From assembly GCA_964400545.1 (NCBI GenBank), contig CAYNUG010000004.1, forward strand, positions 1 to 50,631: DNA of 50,631 nt, in the 5' to 3' direction. Positions 21,749 to 30,374 of this stretch are shown in pieces (the first letter of the stretch is position 1; each line of letters opens with the position of its first letter). Below the pieces are notes generated by a model. It searched no databases. It was not told where the DNA came from and saw only the letters and a list, made by a program, of their open reading frames with translations. The position numbers and the translations under genes are program-made. The DNA comes from an uncultured Clostridia bacterium (lineage in GTDB: Bacteria; Acidobacteriota; Aminicenantia; UBA2199).

Positions 21749-22681
21749 TCAAGTCCTAAATTCAGGAGCACTCTCAACATCTTTCCAGAAAGTATCATCT
21801 ATCTTGAGATTATGAGAACAGCATTTTACTTTTCTCACAAAATTGTTCAGATTTAAAAAATATGCTTTATTAAATTCCTGAATCTTACTTCTTTCCATAT
21901 TTAACACAAAATATTCATTTGCCTGCTTAACCAATTCCGCAAGGAGACAAAGCGCTTCACCTTTTCCGAGAGATTTCATCTTTGACTCAGGGCCCCTGTC
22001 AATAAAGATCACAGTTTTAAGTCTGACAGGTCTTTCAATGATAACAGACTTGAACTGCACTTTGTCCTTTTTCCAAAGGACTCTGCTCCATGTTGGGAAA
22101 GGGTAAGCAAAATATTCCCCGGAACTTAACCTCACAACAAGAGTCAGATCATCTGATAATGAGAACCATGGGAAACGGAACATCCCGCTGGCAGTTGATT
22201 TTCCCGAACCTGATGCGCCGGCAAGGAGAACTCCTTTACTTTCATTTTTATTTCCCGGATCAAATCTGACAAGTCCGGAGTGGATCAGGAAACCTCCACT
22301 TTCAAAAAAGCAACTGCCGATCAGTGCCGAAAGTTTCGATAATTGCCTCCACATCCACTCCTCTTCGGACAAAAAGTTAACCGAGCCGTCGCTGTTCCTG
22401 ACAGGAGTTCCATCCCTCATTAAGACCCTCGGAGTTTTTTCAGGGTCAAGCACAAAAGAAATGTTATTCTCATTATTGAAGTTGTCCTTTTTTTTAGATC
22501 CGTTGATTATTACATCTGTTCCTGCAGAACTCAAAATAATACGATTATTTATCTCTTCCGGAACTTCCGTCCTTTTCAGACTGAGGGACTCACCGAATAT
22601 AGATAAAACCTTCTCCGCTTTTGAATCACTGGCAGTGACTGCAACCCCACCTGTTTCGATCTTAATAATATAACCTTCCAC
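21749..22681 (-). CDS. HPr-kinase-related P-loop protein, SynChlorMet ScmC-like
   Basis: FLIHSGLV, GVLLAGASGSGKST, LSDD, YFAYPFPTWS; GTG start; adjacent to PqqD-family gene. Confidence 0.75.
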   Translation of the reverse strand: MEGYIIKIETGGVAVTASDSKAEKVLSIFGESLSLKRTEVPEEINNRIILSSAGTDVIINGSKKKDNFNNENNISFVLDPEKTPRVLMRDGTPVRNSDGSVNFLSEEEWMWRQLSKLSALIGSCFFESGGFLIHSGLVRFDPGNKNESKGVLLAGASGSGKSTASGMFRFPWFSLSDDLTLVVRLSSGEYFAYPFPTWSRVLWKKDKVQFKSVIIERPVRLKTVIFIDRGPESKMKSLGKGEALCLLAELVKQANEYFVLNMERSKIQEFNKAYFLNLNNFVRKVKCCSHNLKIDDTFWKDVESAPEFRT

Positions 22682-22682
22682 T

Positions 22683-22997
22683 TTAATCGGTCTCCCGATC
22701 TTCCGGAATCAGGTGGTTCTTTTCTCTGAGATCTATAAACATTCTCCGGTGCATTCTCCCAATAAGATCTGCGACATCTTCTTTCGCCTTCTCAAATTCC
22801 ACCAAAAAATTATCGCTGATAACTTTGGAAATATCTCTGATCGTTCTTTTCCCGTCAATTTTATTCCATACTAAAAGACTTGTGGAATTCAGGCCCATGG
22901 TTTCCGCTGTCAGAGTATTAAAAAGGACAGCATAATCTTCAAGATCATCAATTAAGATAATACTTTTTGATCTTTCAGGTGTAAAACTGATGTTCAT
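22683..22997 (-). CDS. PqqD family / RiPP recognition element protein (ScmD-like)
   Basis: AVLFNTLTAETMGLNSTSLLVWNKIDGKRTIRDI...DVADLIGRMHRRMFI, a typical RRE winged-helix pattern. Confidence 0.88.
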   Translation of the reverse strand: MNISFTPERSKSIILIDDLEDYAVLFNTLTAETMGLNSTSLLVWNKIDGKRTIRDISKVISDNFLVEFEKAKEDVADLIGRMHRRMFIDLREKNHLIPEDRETD

Positions 22998-23003
22998 ATG
23001 AGA

Positions 23004-23012
23004 ATTATATCA
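23004..23012 (-). promoter_or_regulatory. Extended -10 promoter of the RRE gene (leaderless geometry)
   Basis: TG-a-TATAAT, 6 nt, ATG 22997; no SD. Confidence 0.5.
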
Positions 23013-23026
23013 GAAATAAAAAAAAA

Positions 23027-23320
23027 TCAGGTAACGTACATTCCTGTTCTGCAATCATCAGGGTCACTATCTCCACCGGATCCGGCTTCACAATAGTATG
23101 GACTATTACCGGAAATACAATCACCCGCTCCCGGAGAAGAACCGGTACTACAATAGGTACCAGTCCATCCATCACCACCGGTTGCACATTGTTCCGGGGT
23201 CGGTCCGGCAGCACTTCCGGTAAAACAGCCCAAAACACTGTCCTGGCCGGTAACAGTTCTCGATTTGGCTCCGAGATCTATGCATTCTGGAGAAACATAC
23301 TTTTTTTTATTAATATTCAT
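23027..23320 (-). CDS. Cys/Gly/Ser-rich RiPP precursor peptide (97 aa, six CxxG repeats)
   Basis: Leader KKKYVSPECIDLG; core CFTG, CATG, CSTG, CISG, CEAG, CRTG; directly upstream of an RRE gene. Confidence 0.82.
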   Translation of the reverse strand: MNINKKKYVSPECIDLGAKSRTVTGQDSVLGCFTGSAAGPTPEQCATGGDGWTGTYCSTGSSPGAGDCISGNSPYYCEAGSGGDSDPDDCRTGMYVT

Positions 23321-23358
23321 ATAGTTATTTTCCAAACAATCATTCCATTATTGTTCCC

Positions 23359-23387
23359 ATTCTAATAAATAAAAATCCGATTGTCAA
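23359..23387 (-). promoter_or_regulatory. Sigma70-type promoter of the precursor peptide gene
   Basis: TTGACA (23387-23382), 17 nt, TAGAAT (23364-23359). Confidence 0.72.
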
Positions 23388-23398
23388 GACTCCTTGGA

Positions 23399-25255
23399 TC
23401 ACAACCTGTAGGTTACTCCCGATATACCAAGATTTTTTTTCATTTTCTTTAATTGACCAATAAAGTAGGACTTGTCTCCATCTGCCAAATCTAATGCCTT
23501 GACCGCAGCCTGAACAGCCTCCTTATATTTTTTGTTGATCAGGAATGCTTCCGCAAGGGTATCATAAATATGTGCTGCACTTTTAAGAGATACAGCATCA
23601 ATCGCAAGTCTCAGACTTCTTTTTCTCTCTCTTAATGATCCATCTTTGCTTTTAACAAGGAGCCAGGCCAGATTATTAAGTGTTTCCGGCTGTTCATATT
23701 TGATTGAAAGTGATATCTCATAATAATTCTTAGCTTTCTCCATATCTCCCTTTTCATGATATATAGCAGCAGCAGCAGCATATAATCTGAAGTCTGACGG
23801 AGATTTTCGGATCTCTCTTTCGATAGCCTGAATTAAAACTTTCTGCTCGATCCCGTTACTGATATTTTTCACAAAGGGATTCACGGTCAAACCAAACAAT
23901 ACTATCAGAACAATAGTATAACCGAGAACACTTTTTCTTACCTTTTTTTTATGTTTCAATATCTCCGACCGGTCTCTGATACATTTTTTCAAAAAATCTA
24001 TCCTCTCCCCGATCGAATAGTGATGCCAGTTGGATCCTTTCTTTTCACTGATCCCGCCCCCGAGTTTCTCAAATGAACTTATCAATTTTTCAGGATCAAC
24101 ACCGGAATCGAAACAATACAGATCCGCCTCACGTTCAAAGTTCCGCATGAAATAACCAAAAATGTATCTGAAATACAGGATAAACATAAGAATAGATAAG
24201 ATCCCTCCCAAAATATGAAACAGATCGATCCCGTGAACAACTGTATTTCCTGTAAGAATATCAATACCCAGAGATGAGTTCAGGATAGCAAGATTAACAA
24301 TGTTCATGATCCCGCCACTTAACACTGCAAATCCAACAAACAACAATAAATAATAAAGAATATGCTTCCCTTTGACATGCCCTGTTTCATGACTTACTAC
24401 AGCTATGATCTCTTCAGTTGAAAGAATTGCCATAAGTTCAGGTGTTATAAGGAGGTATCTGACGAAAGGAAAATACCCGAGCACTCCTGCTGTCATAAGG
24501 TTTCCGCTAAGAGGATCCCAAGATAGTATCTTACTGAATGCCACCCCTTCTTTTTGAGGAAATTTCAATATTTCAGTTCTCAGATCTCCTTCAGAAAGCG
24601 GTTTGCAATTCCAGAGCTTTATTATAAGGACCGGGCCGATCACCAGAAATATCAAGAGGAAAAAAGCAAGAAAGAGCAACTGGAGATATGGAGATCCATA
24701 GCTCTCCGTGATCCATCTAATATTAAAAATCTTTAAAATATCAACACTCAGGACAAGTATCAGCCAGGGGATCATTATTGCAAGATTGAATTTGATATTT
24801 TCAGAAACAAATTTTCCTGCGCTTACAGACATCCCTGATATATCTCCCGCCGTCATAAAACCCCAATACCATACTATCGCAAAATGCAGTATAAATACCG
24901 ACAATACCCCGATGTCCCCCGCAAAAGTAATTTCACCGAACTTAAGAACTGACATTATTATAACTTTAAGATCAAAAACATACATTTCAATTATAAAAAT
25001 GACGATCGCTTCAATAAGTAAAAAGTTGGTTGTTCTGGTATATTCGGATCTGAACAAATAATGACGATCTTCATCTTCAGGATACTTCTTTTTCAGTTTC
25101 AGGAATGAACTCCTGACATGAATTGAGAAAAGAAACACCAAAGCAGGAATTATCAGAATATCCAGATGAACAGGTAACAGATCATTTGAAGTCACCGGTG
25201 CACTTACAAAAGCAACTACAGCTATAATAAAATATAAAAAATTTTTGTATATCAT
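23399..25255 (-). CDS. M48 family membrane zinc metallopeptidase with C-terminal TPR repeats
   Basis: VVSHETGH (HExxH), RNFEREAD, HHYSIGERI; multiple TMs; TPR (AKNYYEISL, ETLNNLAW, HIYDTLAE). Confidence 0.9.
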   Translation of the reverse strand: MIYKNFLYFIIAVVAFVSAPVTSNDLLPVHLDILIIPALVFLFSIHVRSSFLKLKKKYPEDEDRHYLFRSEYTRTTNFLLIEAIVIFIIEMYVFDLKVIIMSVLKFGEITFAGDIGVLSVFILHFAIVWYWGFMTAGDISGMSVSAGKFVSENIKFNLAIMIPWLILVLSVDILKIFNIRWITESYGSPYLQLLFLAFFLLIFLVIGPVLIIKLWNCKPLSEGDLRTEILKFPQKEGVAFSKILSWDPLSGNLMTAGVLGYFPFVRYLLITPELMAILSTEEIIAVVSHETGHVKGKHILYYLLLFVGFAVLSGGIMNIVNLAILNSSLGIDILTGNTVVHGIDLFHILGGILSILMFILYFRYIFGYFMRNFEREADLYCFDSGVDPEKLISSFEKLGGGISEKKGSNWHHYSIGERIDFLKKCIRDRSEILKHKKKVRKSVLGYTIVLIVLFGLTVNPFVKNISNGIEQKVLIQAIEREIRKSPSDFRLYAAAAAIYHEKGDMEKAKNYYEISLSIKYEQPETLNNLAWLLVKSKDGSLRERKRSLRLAIDAVSLKSAAHIYDTLAEAFLINKKYKEAVQAAVKALDLADGDKSYFIGQLKKMKKNLGISGVTYRL

Positions 25256-25371
25256 GATAAATAAGGCTTTAACTGACCATTTCCAATGAACACATTTTAT
25301 ATCTAACCTTCAGGAATTGCAATAGGTATGATCCGGTGTTAAAATATCCGATTGGTAAAGGGGCTTCTATA

Positions 25372-26349
25372 ATGAGTAAAAATGTATATAACAATATTCT
25401 TGATGTTGTAGGAAATACACCGCTCGTAAAACTCCGGAAAGTAACTGCCGGAACAAAAAGCGAAATATTTGCAAAACTTGAATTTATGAACCCGATGGGC
25501 AGCGTAAAGGACAGGGCGGCAAAATATATGATCGAAAAAGCTGAAGAAGACGGCAGAATAAAAAAGGGACAACTCATAATAGAGAACTCGTCCGGGAACA
25601 CAGCTTTGGGACTTGCTCTTGTTGCTATTCAAAAAGGATACAAACTTAAAGTGATTGTAAGAGACAGGATCAGTCCTGAAAAGATCAACCAACTTGAAGC
25701 ACTCGGAGTCGATGTCCATAAAGTGGACAGTTCTCTTCCGCCTGAGGATCCGGACAGCTATAACAAGGTAACACCAAGGATAGTAAAAGAAAATCAGGAT
25801 TCATACTTTCCCGACCAACATAATAACAGAGAGAACAACGATTCACATTACAACTCAACAGGACCGGAGATATGGGAACAGATGGACGGGAAGATCGATT
25901 ATTTTATTGCCGGAATAGGTACCGGAGGAACTATCGGCGGAGTTGCCAAATATCTGAAAGAAAAAGATCCAAAAATAAAAGTGATAGCTATCGATCCGTT
26001 CGGATCCATATTCTACAATTATTTTAAGACCGGAAAAATAACCGAATCATCTCCATACCTTATTGAAGGGCTCGGAGATGAGTTCCTGATCAATTGTGCC
26101 GATTTTTCAAACATTGACGATATATATCAGATCTCGGATAAAGATTCGTTCAAGTTTGCAAGAAAACTCATGAAAGAAGAAGGAATACTGGGCGGAGGTT
26201 CAAGCGGTTCAGCCCTCTGGGGAGCCTTGAAACTTGCAAATTCCCTCGAGAAACCTGCAAGAATAGTTACAATTTTTCCGGACGGATCAGCCCGTTATCT
26301 CAGCACGATATTCAATGATGAGTGGATGAAAGAAAAAAAACTTTTTTAA
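25372..26349 (+). CDS. PLP-dependent cysteine synthase / cystathionine beta-synthase family protein
   Basis: VGNTPLV, KLEFMNPMGSVKDR, SSGNT, GIGTGGT, IEGLG, IFPDGSARYLS. Confidence 0.93.
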   Translation: MSKNVYNNILDVVGNTPLVKLRKVTAGTKSEIFAKLEFMNPMGSVKDRAAKYMIEKAEEDGRIKKGQLIIENSSGNTALGLALVAIQKGYKLKVIVRDRISPEKINQLEALGVDVHKVDSSLPPEDPDSYNKVTPRIVKENQDSYFPDQHNNRENNDSHYNSTGPEIWEQMDGKIDYFIAGIGTGGTIGGVAKYLKEKDPKIKVIAIDPFGSIFYNYFKTGKITESSPYLIEGLGDEFLINCADFSNIDDIYQISDKDSFKFARKLMKEEGILGGGSSGSALWGALKLANSLEKPARIVTIFPDGSARYLSTIFNDEWMKEKKLF

Positions 26350-26384
26350 CTATAGCAGACATATATTAAGCCCGGCTTTTGAGT

Positions 26385-28022
26385 TCATTCTTTTTGGACA
26401 GATTTAAAAGATCTTATAAGTTCCGTTGTTGAGCTATCATCTTCACTTCCGGGAGATTCCCCCGACACTAATTCTTCAGCAATTTCAGAAGCGATCTTTT
26501 TCCCGAGTTCCACACCCCATTGATCAAAAGAGTTTATATTCCATATAACCCCCTGGGTAAAGATCTTATGTTCATATAGGGCGATCAGCATACCTATCGT
26601 TTCCGGTGTTAACTTGTCAAACAGCAAAGTGTTGGACGGTCTGTTCCCGGGGAAAGTTCTGAATGGCATCTGTTCTTCAGATATTCCAGAGCCAGCGATT
26701 TCTTCCGCTGTCCTTCCGAAAGCCAGGGCTTTTGACTGGGCAAAAATATTTGCCATAAACTTCATGTGGTTTTCTCCGGAATCATTCAGAGGTTGGGCAA
26801 ATCCAATAAAATCAACCGGAACAACCCTGCTTCCCTGGTGAAGTAATTGAAAAAAAGCATGCTGTGAATTAGTCCCAATTCCACCCCAGACGACCGGCCC
26901 TGTCCGATAATCTGTAGGTTCACCTTCAAGACTTACACTCTTTCCATTAGATTCCATATCACATTGCTGAATATATGAAGGGAAATCTGTCAGATATTGA
27001 TCATAAGGGAGAACGGCATAAGATCCGTAATTAAAAAAATTATTATACCAAATACCGATCATGGCCATTATAACGGGAATATTTTCACTAAACGGAGAAT
27101 TTTTAAAATGTTCATCAATTTTATATGCCCCTTTAAGAAGTGATATAAAATTATCATAGCCGACTGAGATCATTACAGAAAGACCTATTGATGAAGTGAG
27201 TGAATATCTTCCGCCTACCCAATCCCACATCTCGAAAGTATTATCTGCAGAGATCCCGAAAAGCTCCGAATTTTTCATATTTGAAGTAACGGCAATAAAA
27301 TGTTTTGAAATAAACTCTGCATTTCCCGCAGCTGAGCCTACCCACTTCTTTGCTTTTTTTGCATTGGTCATAGTTTCAATGGTCATAAAAGTTTTAGATG
27401 CTATTATAAAAACAGTTTCATCGGGTTCAAGATCGAAGAGGGATTCAATGAGATCGGTCCCGTCAATATTTGAAATAAATCTGACCGTCAGTTCTCTATT
27501 CGAATACCATTTCAATGCATTACAGACAAATCTCGGACCCAGATCTGATCCGCCGATCCCTATATTGACAATATTCTTTATCTTTTTTCCCGAGAAACCC
27601 TTCCATTCTCCATTTCTTATCCTCTCTGAAACAGATCTCATCTTCTTATGAGTTTCAAATATTCCGGGCATTACATCCGCCCCGTCAACGATAACAGGTT
27701 CACCGGAAAAATTTCTCAAAGCAGTGTGAAGAACAGCTCTTTTTTCAGTATTGTTTATCTTTTTTCCTGAGAACATATCCCTGATCTTTTCTCTGAGACC
27801 GGTTTTTTCAGCAAGATCAAAAAGAAGACCCAGCGTTTTACTATTGATAAGATTTTTTGAAAAATCGAAATATAGCCCGTCTTCTTTTAAAGAAAATCTT
27901 TGCCCTCTTTTCTTATCTTCTTTAAAAAATTCTCTTAAATGAGTATTTTTGATTCCATTAAAATGCTTAACCAAAGAGCCCCACTCGGCAAATCTTTTAG
28001 GACCTGTGATCTTTTTTACCAT
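26385..28022 (-). CDS. pgi: Glucose-6-phosphate isomerase
   Basis: NIGIGGSDLGP, DWVGGRYSL, MESNGK, GTNSQHAFFQLLHQG, NSFDQWGVELGK. Confidence 0.98.
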   Translation of the reverse strand: MVKKITGPKRFAEWGSLVKHFNGIKNTHLREFFKEDKKRGQRFSLKEDGLYFDFSKNLINSKTLGLLFDLAEKTGLREKIRDMFSGKKINNTEKRAVLHTALRNFSGEPVIVDGADVMPGIFETHKKMRSVSERIRNGEWKGFSGKKIKNIVNIGIGGSDLGPRFVCNALKWYSNRELTVRFISNIDGTDLIESLFDLEPDETVFIIASKTFMTIETMTNAKKAKKWVGSAAGNAEFISKHFIAVTSNMKNSELFGISADNTFEMWDWVGGRYSLTSSIGLSVMISVGYDNFISLLKGAYKIDEHFKNSPFSENIPVIMAMIGIWYNNFFNYGSYAVLPYDQYLTDFPSYIQQCDMESNGKSVSLEGEPTDYRTGPVVWGGIGTNSQHAFFQLLHQGSRVVPVDFIGFAQPLNDSGENHMKFMANIFAQSKALAFGRTAEEIAGSGISEEQMPFRTFPGNRPSNTLLFDKLTPETIGMLIALYEHKIFTQGVIWNINSFDQWGVELGKKIASEIAEELVSGESPGSEDDSSTTELIRSFKSVQKE

Positions 28023-28038
28023 TATTTCCCGACTGTCC

Positions 28039-28818
28039 TTAATTCAAAAAATTTTCCTTATAGTATTTTAAAGACTTTATCATATCGGCTTTCGAATGCG
28101 GCTCAAGGGTCACGGAAAATCCGGTTCCAAGTTTGATTATATCCCTTCTCGCTTTCCCCCAGTCTATAATTCCTTCACCCATTGGGAGATGATCATCACC
28201 CGCTCCTTTATTATCATGAAAATGAAAATGAATATGCTTTCCGGAATTAATGCGATTGAGCCATTCGGTGGAACTGATCTTTCCGAAAACCTTATGATGA
28301 CCATAATCAAAGCAATGAATTATTCGTTCATTTCCGGATCTTCTCACCAGGTCGAGAGCAACTTCAGGATCAGGATCATCAATATTCTCGATCGCAATGA
28401 GTGGATGTCCCGGAACGGCAGAAGAAAATCTCATAAAAAATTCCACAGACCTTTCCAGCCACCCTTCAAGGGTCTGCCTGTAATATAACCTGTCATAATT
28501 GTAATGAACAACAACCAGTTCAGATCCCCACTCTTTGCCCAGTTCAAGTACTTTTGATAATTTCTTAAAACTTAATTCTCTGATATCTTCATCGCTTCCA
28601 CCTGTCGAGATATCAAGAAAAGGAGCATGGATGGTATGCGATCTGAATTTTTTAAGAATTGATCCGACCTCTTTCGCCCCTTTAGCAGTCAACTTATTCA
28701 GAATGCAACTATCCAGATAAACCTCAGGTGAAATTCCAAGATCAAGAACCTCGTTGAACTCTGTTTTTAATATGTCACAGGTGATCCTGACAAAATAATT
28801 ATCAAATGACATTTCCAC
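28039..28818 (-). CDS. Sugar phosphate isomerase/epimerase (AP endonuclease 2 TIM-barrel) family protein
   Basis: TIHAPFLD, AIEN, CFDYGH, HFHFHDN.G..DDHLPMGEG, TLEPH. Confidence 0.88.
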   Translation of the reverse strand: MEMSFDNYFVRITCDILKTEFNEVLDLGISPEVYLDSCILNKLTAKGAKEVGSILKKFRSHTIHAPFLDISTGGSDEDIRELSFKKLSKVLELGKEWGSELVVVHYNYDRLYYRQTLEGWLERSVEFFMRFSSAVPGHPLIAIENIDDPDPEVALDLVRRSGNERIIHCFDYGHHKVFGKISSTEWLNRINSGKHIHFHFHDNKGAGDDHLPMGEGIIDWGKARRDIIKLGTGFSVTLEPHSKADMIKSLKYYKENFLN

Positions 28819-29194
28819 TCAGCATTTCATTGAACTTGCGGGAGAGGGATTTCACACTCAAAGGCTTAGGAATAAAATTTTCTATTTTTTTACTGAATAT
28901 CTTCTGTTCAAGATATTCTCTGTCATAACCACTTATAAACAATATCCTTGCATCGGGGAATTCTTCTGAAATTATATTTGAAACAACCTCTCCTGAAATC
29001 CCCGGCATCTCAACATCGAGGATAACAATAAGAATAGCACCGGAATTCTTCCTGAAGAGCTCAACACCTTTCTCACCATTCTCAGCGGTAAGACACTTAA
29101 ACCCCAGAATCTCGATCATCTCCTTCCCTATTTCTCTTATAACTTTCTCATCATCTACAAGAAGAATATAATTCTTTTTTATCTCTGATCCCAT
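28802..29194 (-). CDS. Stand-alone response regulator receiver (CheY-like)
   Basis: ILLVDDE, VILDVEMPG, LFISGY, FIPKP. Confidence 0.92.
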   Translation of the reverse strand: MGSEIKKNYILLVDDEKVIREIGKEMIEILGFKCLTAENGEKGVELFRKNSGAILIVILDVEMPGISGEVVSNIISEEFPDARILFISGYDREYLEQKIFSKKIENFIPKPLSVKSLSRKFNEMLSGNVI

Positions 29195-29201
29195 ATGTCA
29201 A

Positions 29202-29230
29202 AGGATATAACAATTAACCGAAAGTGTAAA
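29202..29230 (-). promoter_or_regulatory. Possible promoter of the receiver gene (leaderless geometry)
   Basis: TTTACA, 17 nt, TATCCT, 7 nt, ATG 29194; no SD. Confidence 0.45.
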
Positions 29231-29235
29231 ATATA

Positions 29236-30276
29236 CTATTCCGGTCTCTCATTCACGATCCTTACCCCCTTAACTTTATTTTTCACCGGATATACACCCA
29301 GAGATTCATATCCGGTTTCCATTCCTTTTATCATTATTTTTACTGTGACCTCATCCCACTCGAAAGTATTGTTATAAAGAGCCTGAAGAGAAGATGCATT
29401 GATCCCGTATTCCGATCTCATAGTGATCTCGTTACTCAAAGAACCCGGTTCTATTCTTCCACGAACCGCCGGATAACCGAAATTCTGTCTTTCGTTATTC
29501 CCTTCGAAGCGAAAAATTCCCTTAAAACCAAGTTTGCTCAGGGTTGAATTGCTATTGTTCTTTATCTTAAAAGTAATTGAGGGATATACGATAACATTCT
29601 TTCCTTCTAACATCTTGTATACCCAACCTGAGTCTGAGATCATTATTTCCACTTTATCGGAAATACCTTTATGCTCTACAATATTGATATCTTTTCGAAA
29701 ACCTGTGATATTCTGATCCACAGGATAAAGACCACCAACCCTTACATGAGTGGACCCGTGAGTCCTTGCAAATATTTTAGCATTCACTTTTCTCCATTTA
29801 TCTTTATTCTCATAAAAGGCCTCTTTTGCTGAGGCAGTATAACCATTAACACCTTTAATAAAGATCTTCCCGCTCATTTCTCCGACAGCAAGTGGAGAAC
29901 TGAATGCGGAATAAAAACCTGAAGTCTGAGTGGTACCATCCTCCCTGAACTCAAAAACACATTCAAAATTAACAAAATGGAGAGCATTAGCTCCCTTGTT
30001 CTTTACTTTAAAAGATACAAAAGGGAGAATTCGCGTTTCCTTTTCTCTCAATTCCGATTTCCCTTCGATCCAACCTGTTTCCACCGAGACTATTTCAATT
30101 GAATTTTCAACATCAGCCTGGGACCAGGTATTCTTAAAAGATTTATAGATTATTACCATAAAGATGAGAAATGCGATCAAAAGAATATACTTTATCCAGA
30201 ATTTCGGATTTTTCATTCTTTCCGCCATTGTTCTCTCTCTTGTATATTCCTCGAATATTCCTCCCGAATTCTCCAT
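29236..30276 (-). CDS. Hypothetical membrane-anchored protein with two homologous beta-rich domains
   Basis: AAGGAG RBS, single TM, internal duplication (ETGW..PFVSFKVKN..VFEF / DSGW..PSITFKIKN..IFRF). Confidence 0.78.
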   Translation of the reverse strand: MENSGGIFEEYTRERTMAERMKNPKFWIKYILLIAFLIFMVIIYKSFKNTWSQADVENSIEIVSVETGWIEGKSELREKETRILPFVSFKVKNKGANALHFVNFECVFEFREDGTTQTSGFYSAFSSPLAVGEMSGKIFIKGVNGYTASAKEAFYENKDKWRKVNAKIFARTHGSTHVRVGGLYPVDQNITGFRKDINIVEHKGISDKVEIMISDSGWVYKMLEGKNVIVYPSITFKIKNNSNSTLSKLGFKGIFRFEGNNERQNFGYPAVRGRIEPGSLSNEITMRSEYGINASSLQALYNNTFEWDEVTVKIMIKGMETGYESLGVYPVKNKVKGVRIVNERPE

Positions 30277-30316
30277 TTCTCTCTCCTTATATCTATCGTA
30301 ATTTTAGCAAAAGAAC

Positions 30317-30348
30317 AAAAAAAAAAAAAGGGGAGCAAAAGCTCCCCT
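30317..30348 (-). terminator. Intrinsic terminator of gdhA
   Basis: AGGGGAGC-aaaa-GCTCCCCT hairpin with a long T-run on the minus strand. Confidence 0.85.
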
Positions 30349-30374
30349 CTTTATCTGTTATCTTTACTTAAGTT

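Noticed and set aside
23005-23238. 77-aa alternative-frame ORF over the precursor
   Set aside because: Shadow frame with no RBS or motif; the CxxG frame explains the sequence.
23027-23320. Lasso peptide interpretation of the precursor
   Set aside because: The leader is lasso-like, but there is no asparagine-synthetase-like cyclase or transglutaminase-like B2 protease, and the 70+ aa repetitive Cys core is unlike lasso cores.
28802-29194. Orphan receiver domain as a truncated hybrid kinase
   Set aside because: It has its own promoter-like elements, intact D-D-D-K residues and no upstream kinase remnant; stand-alone receivers are common.
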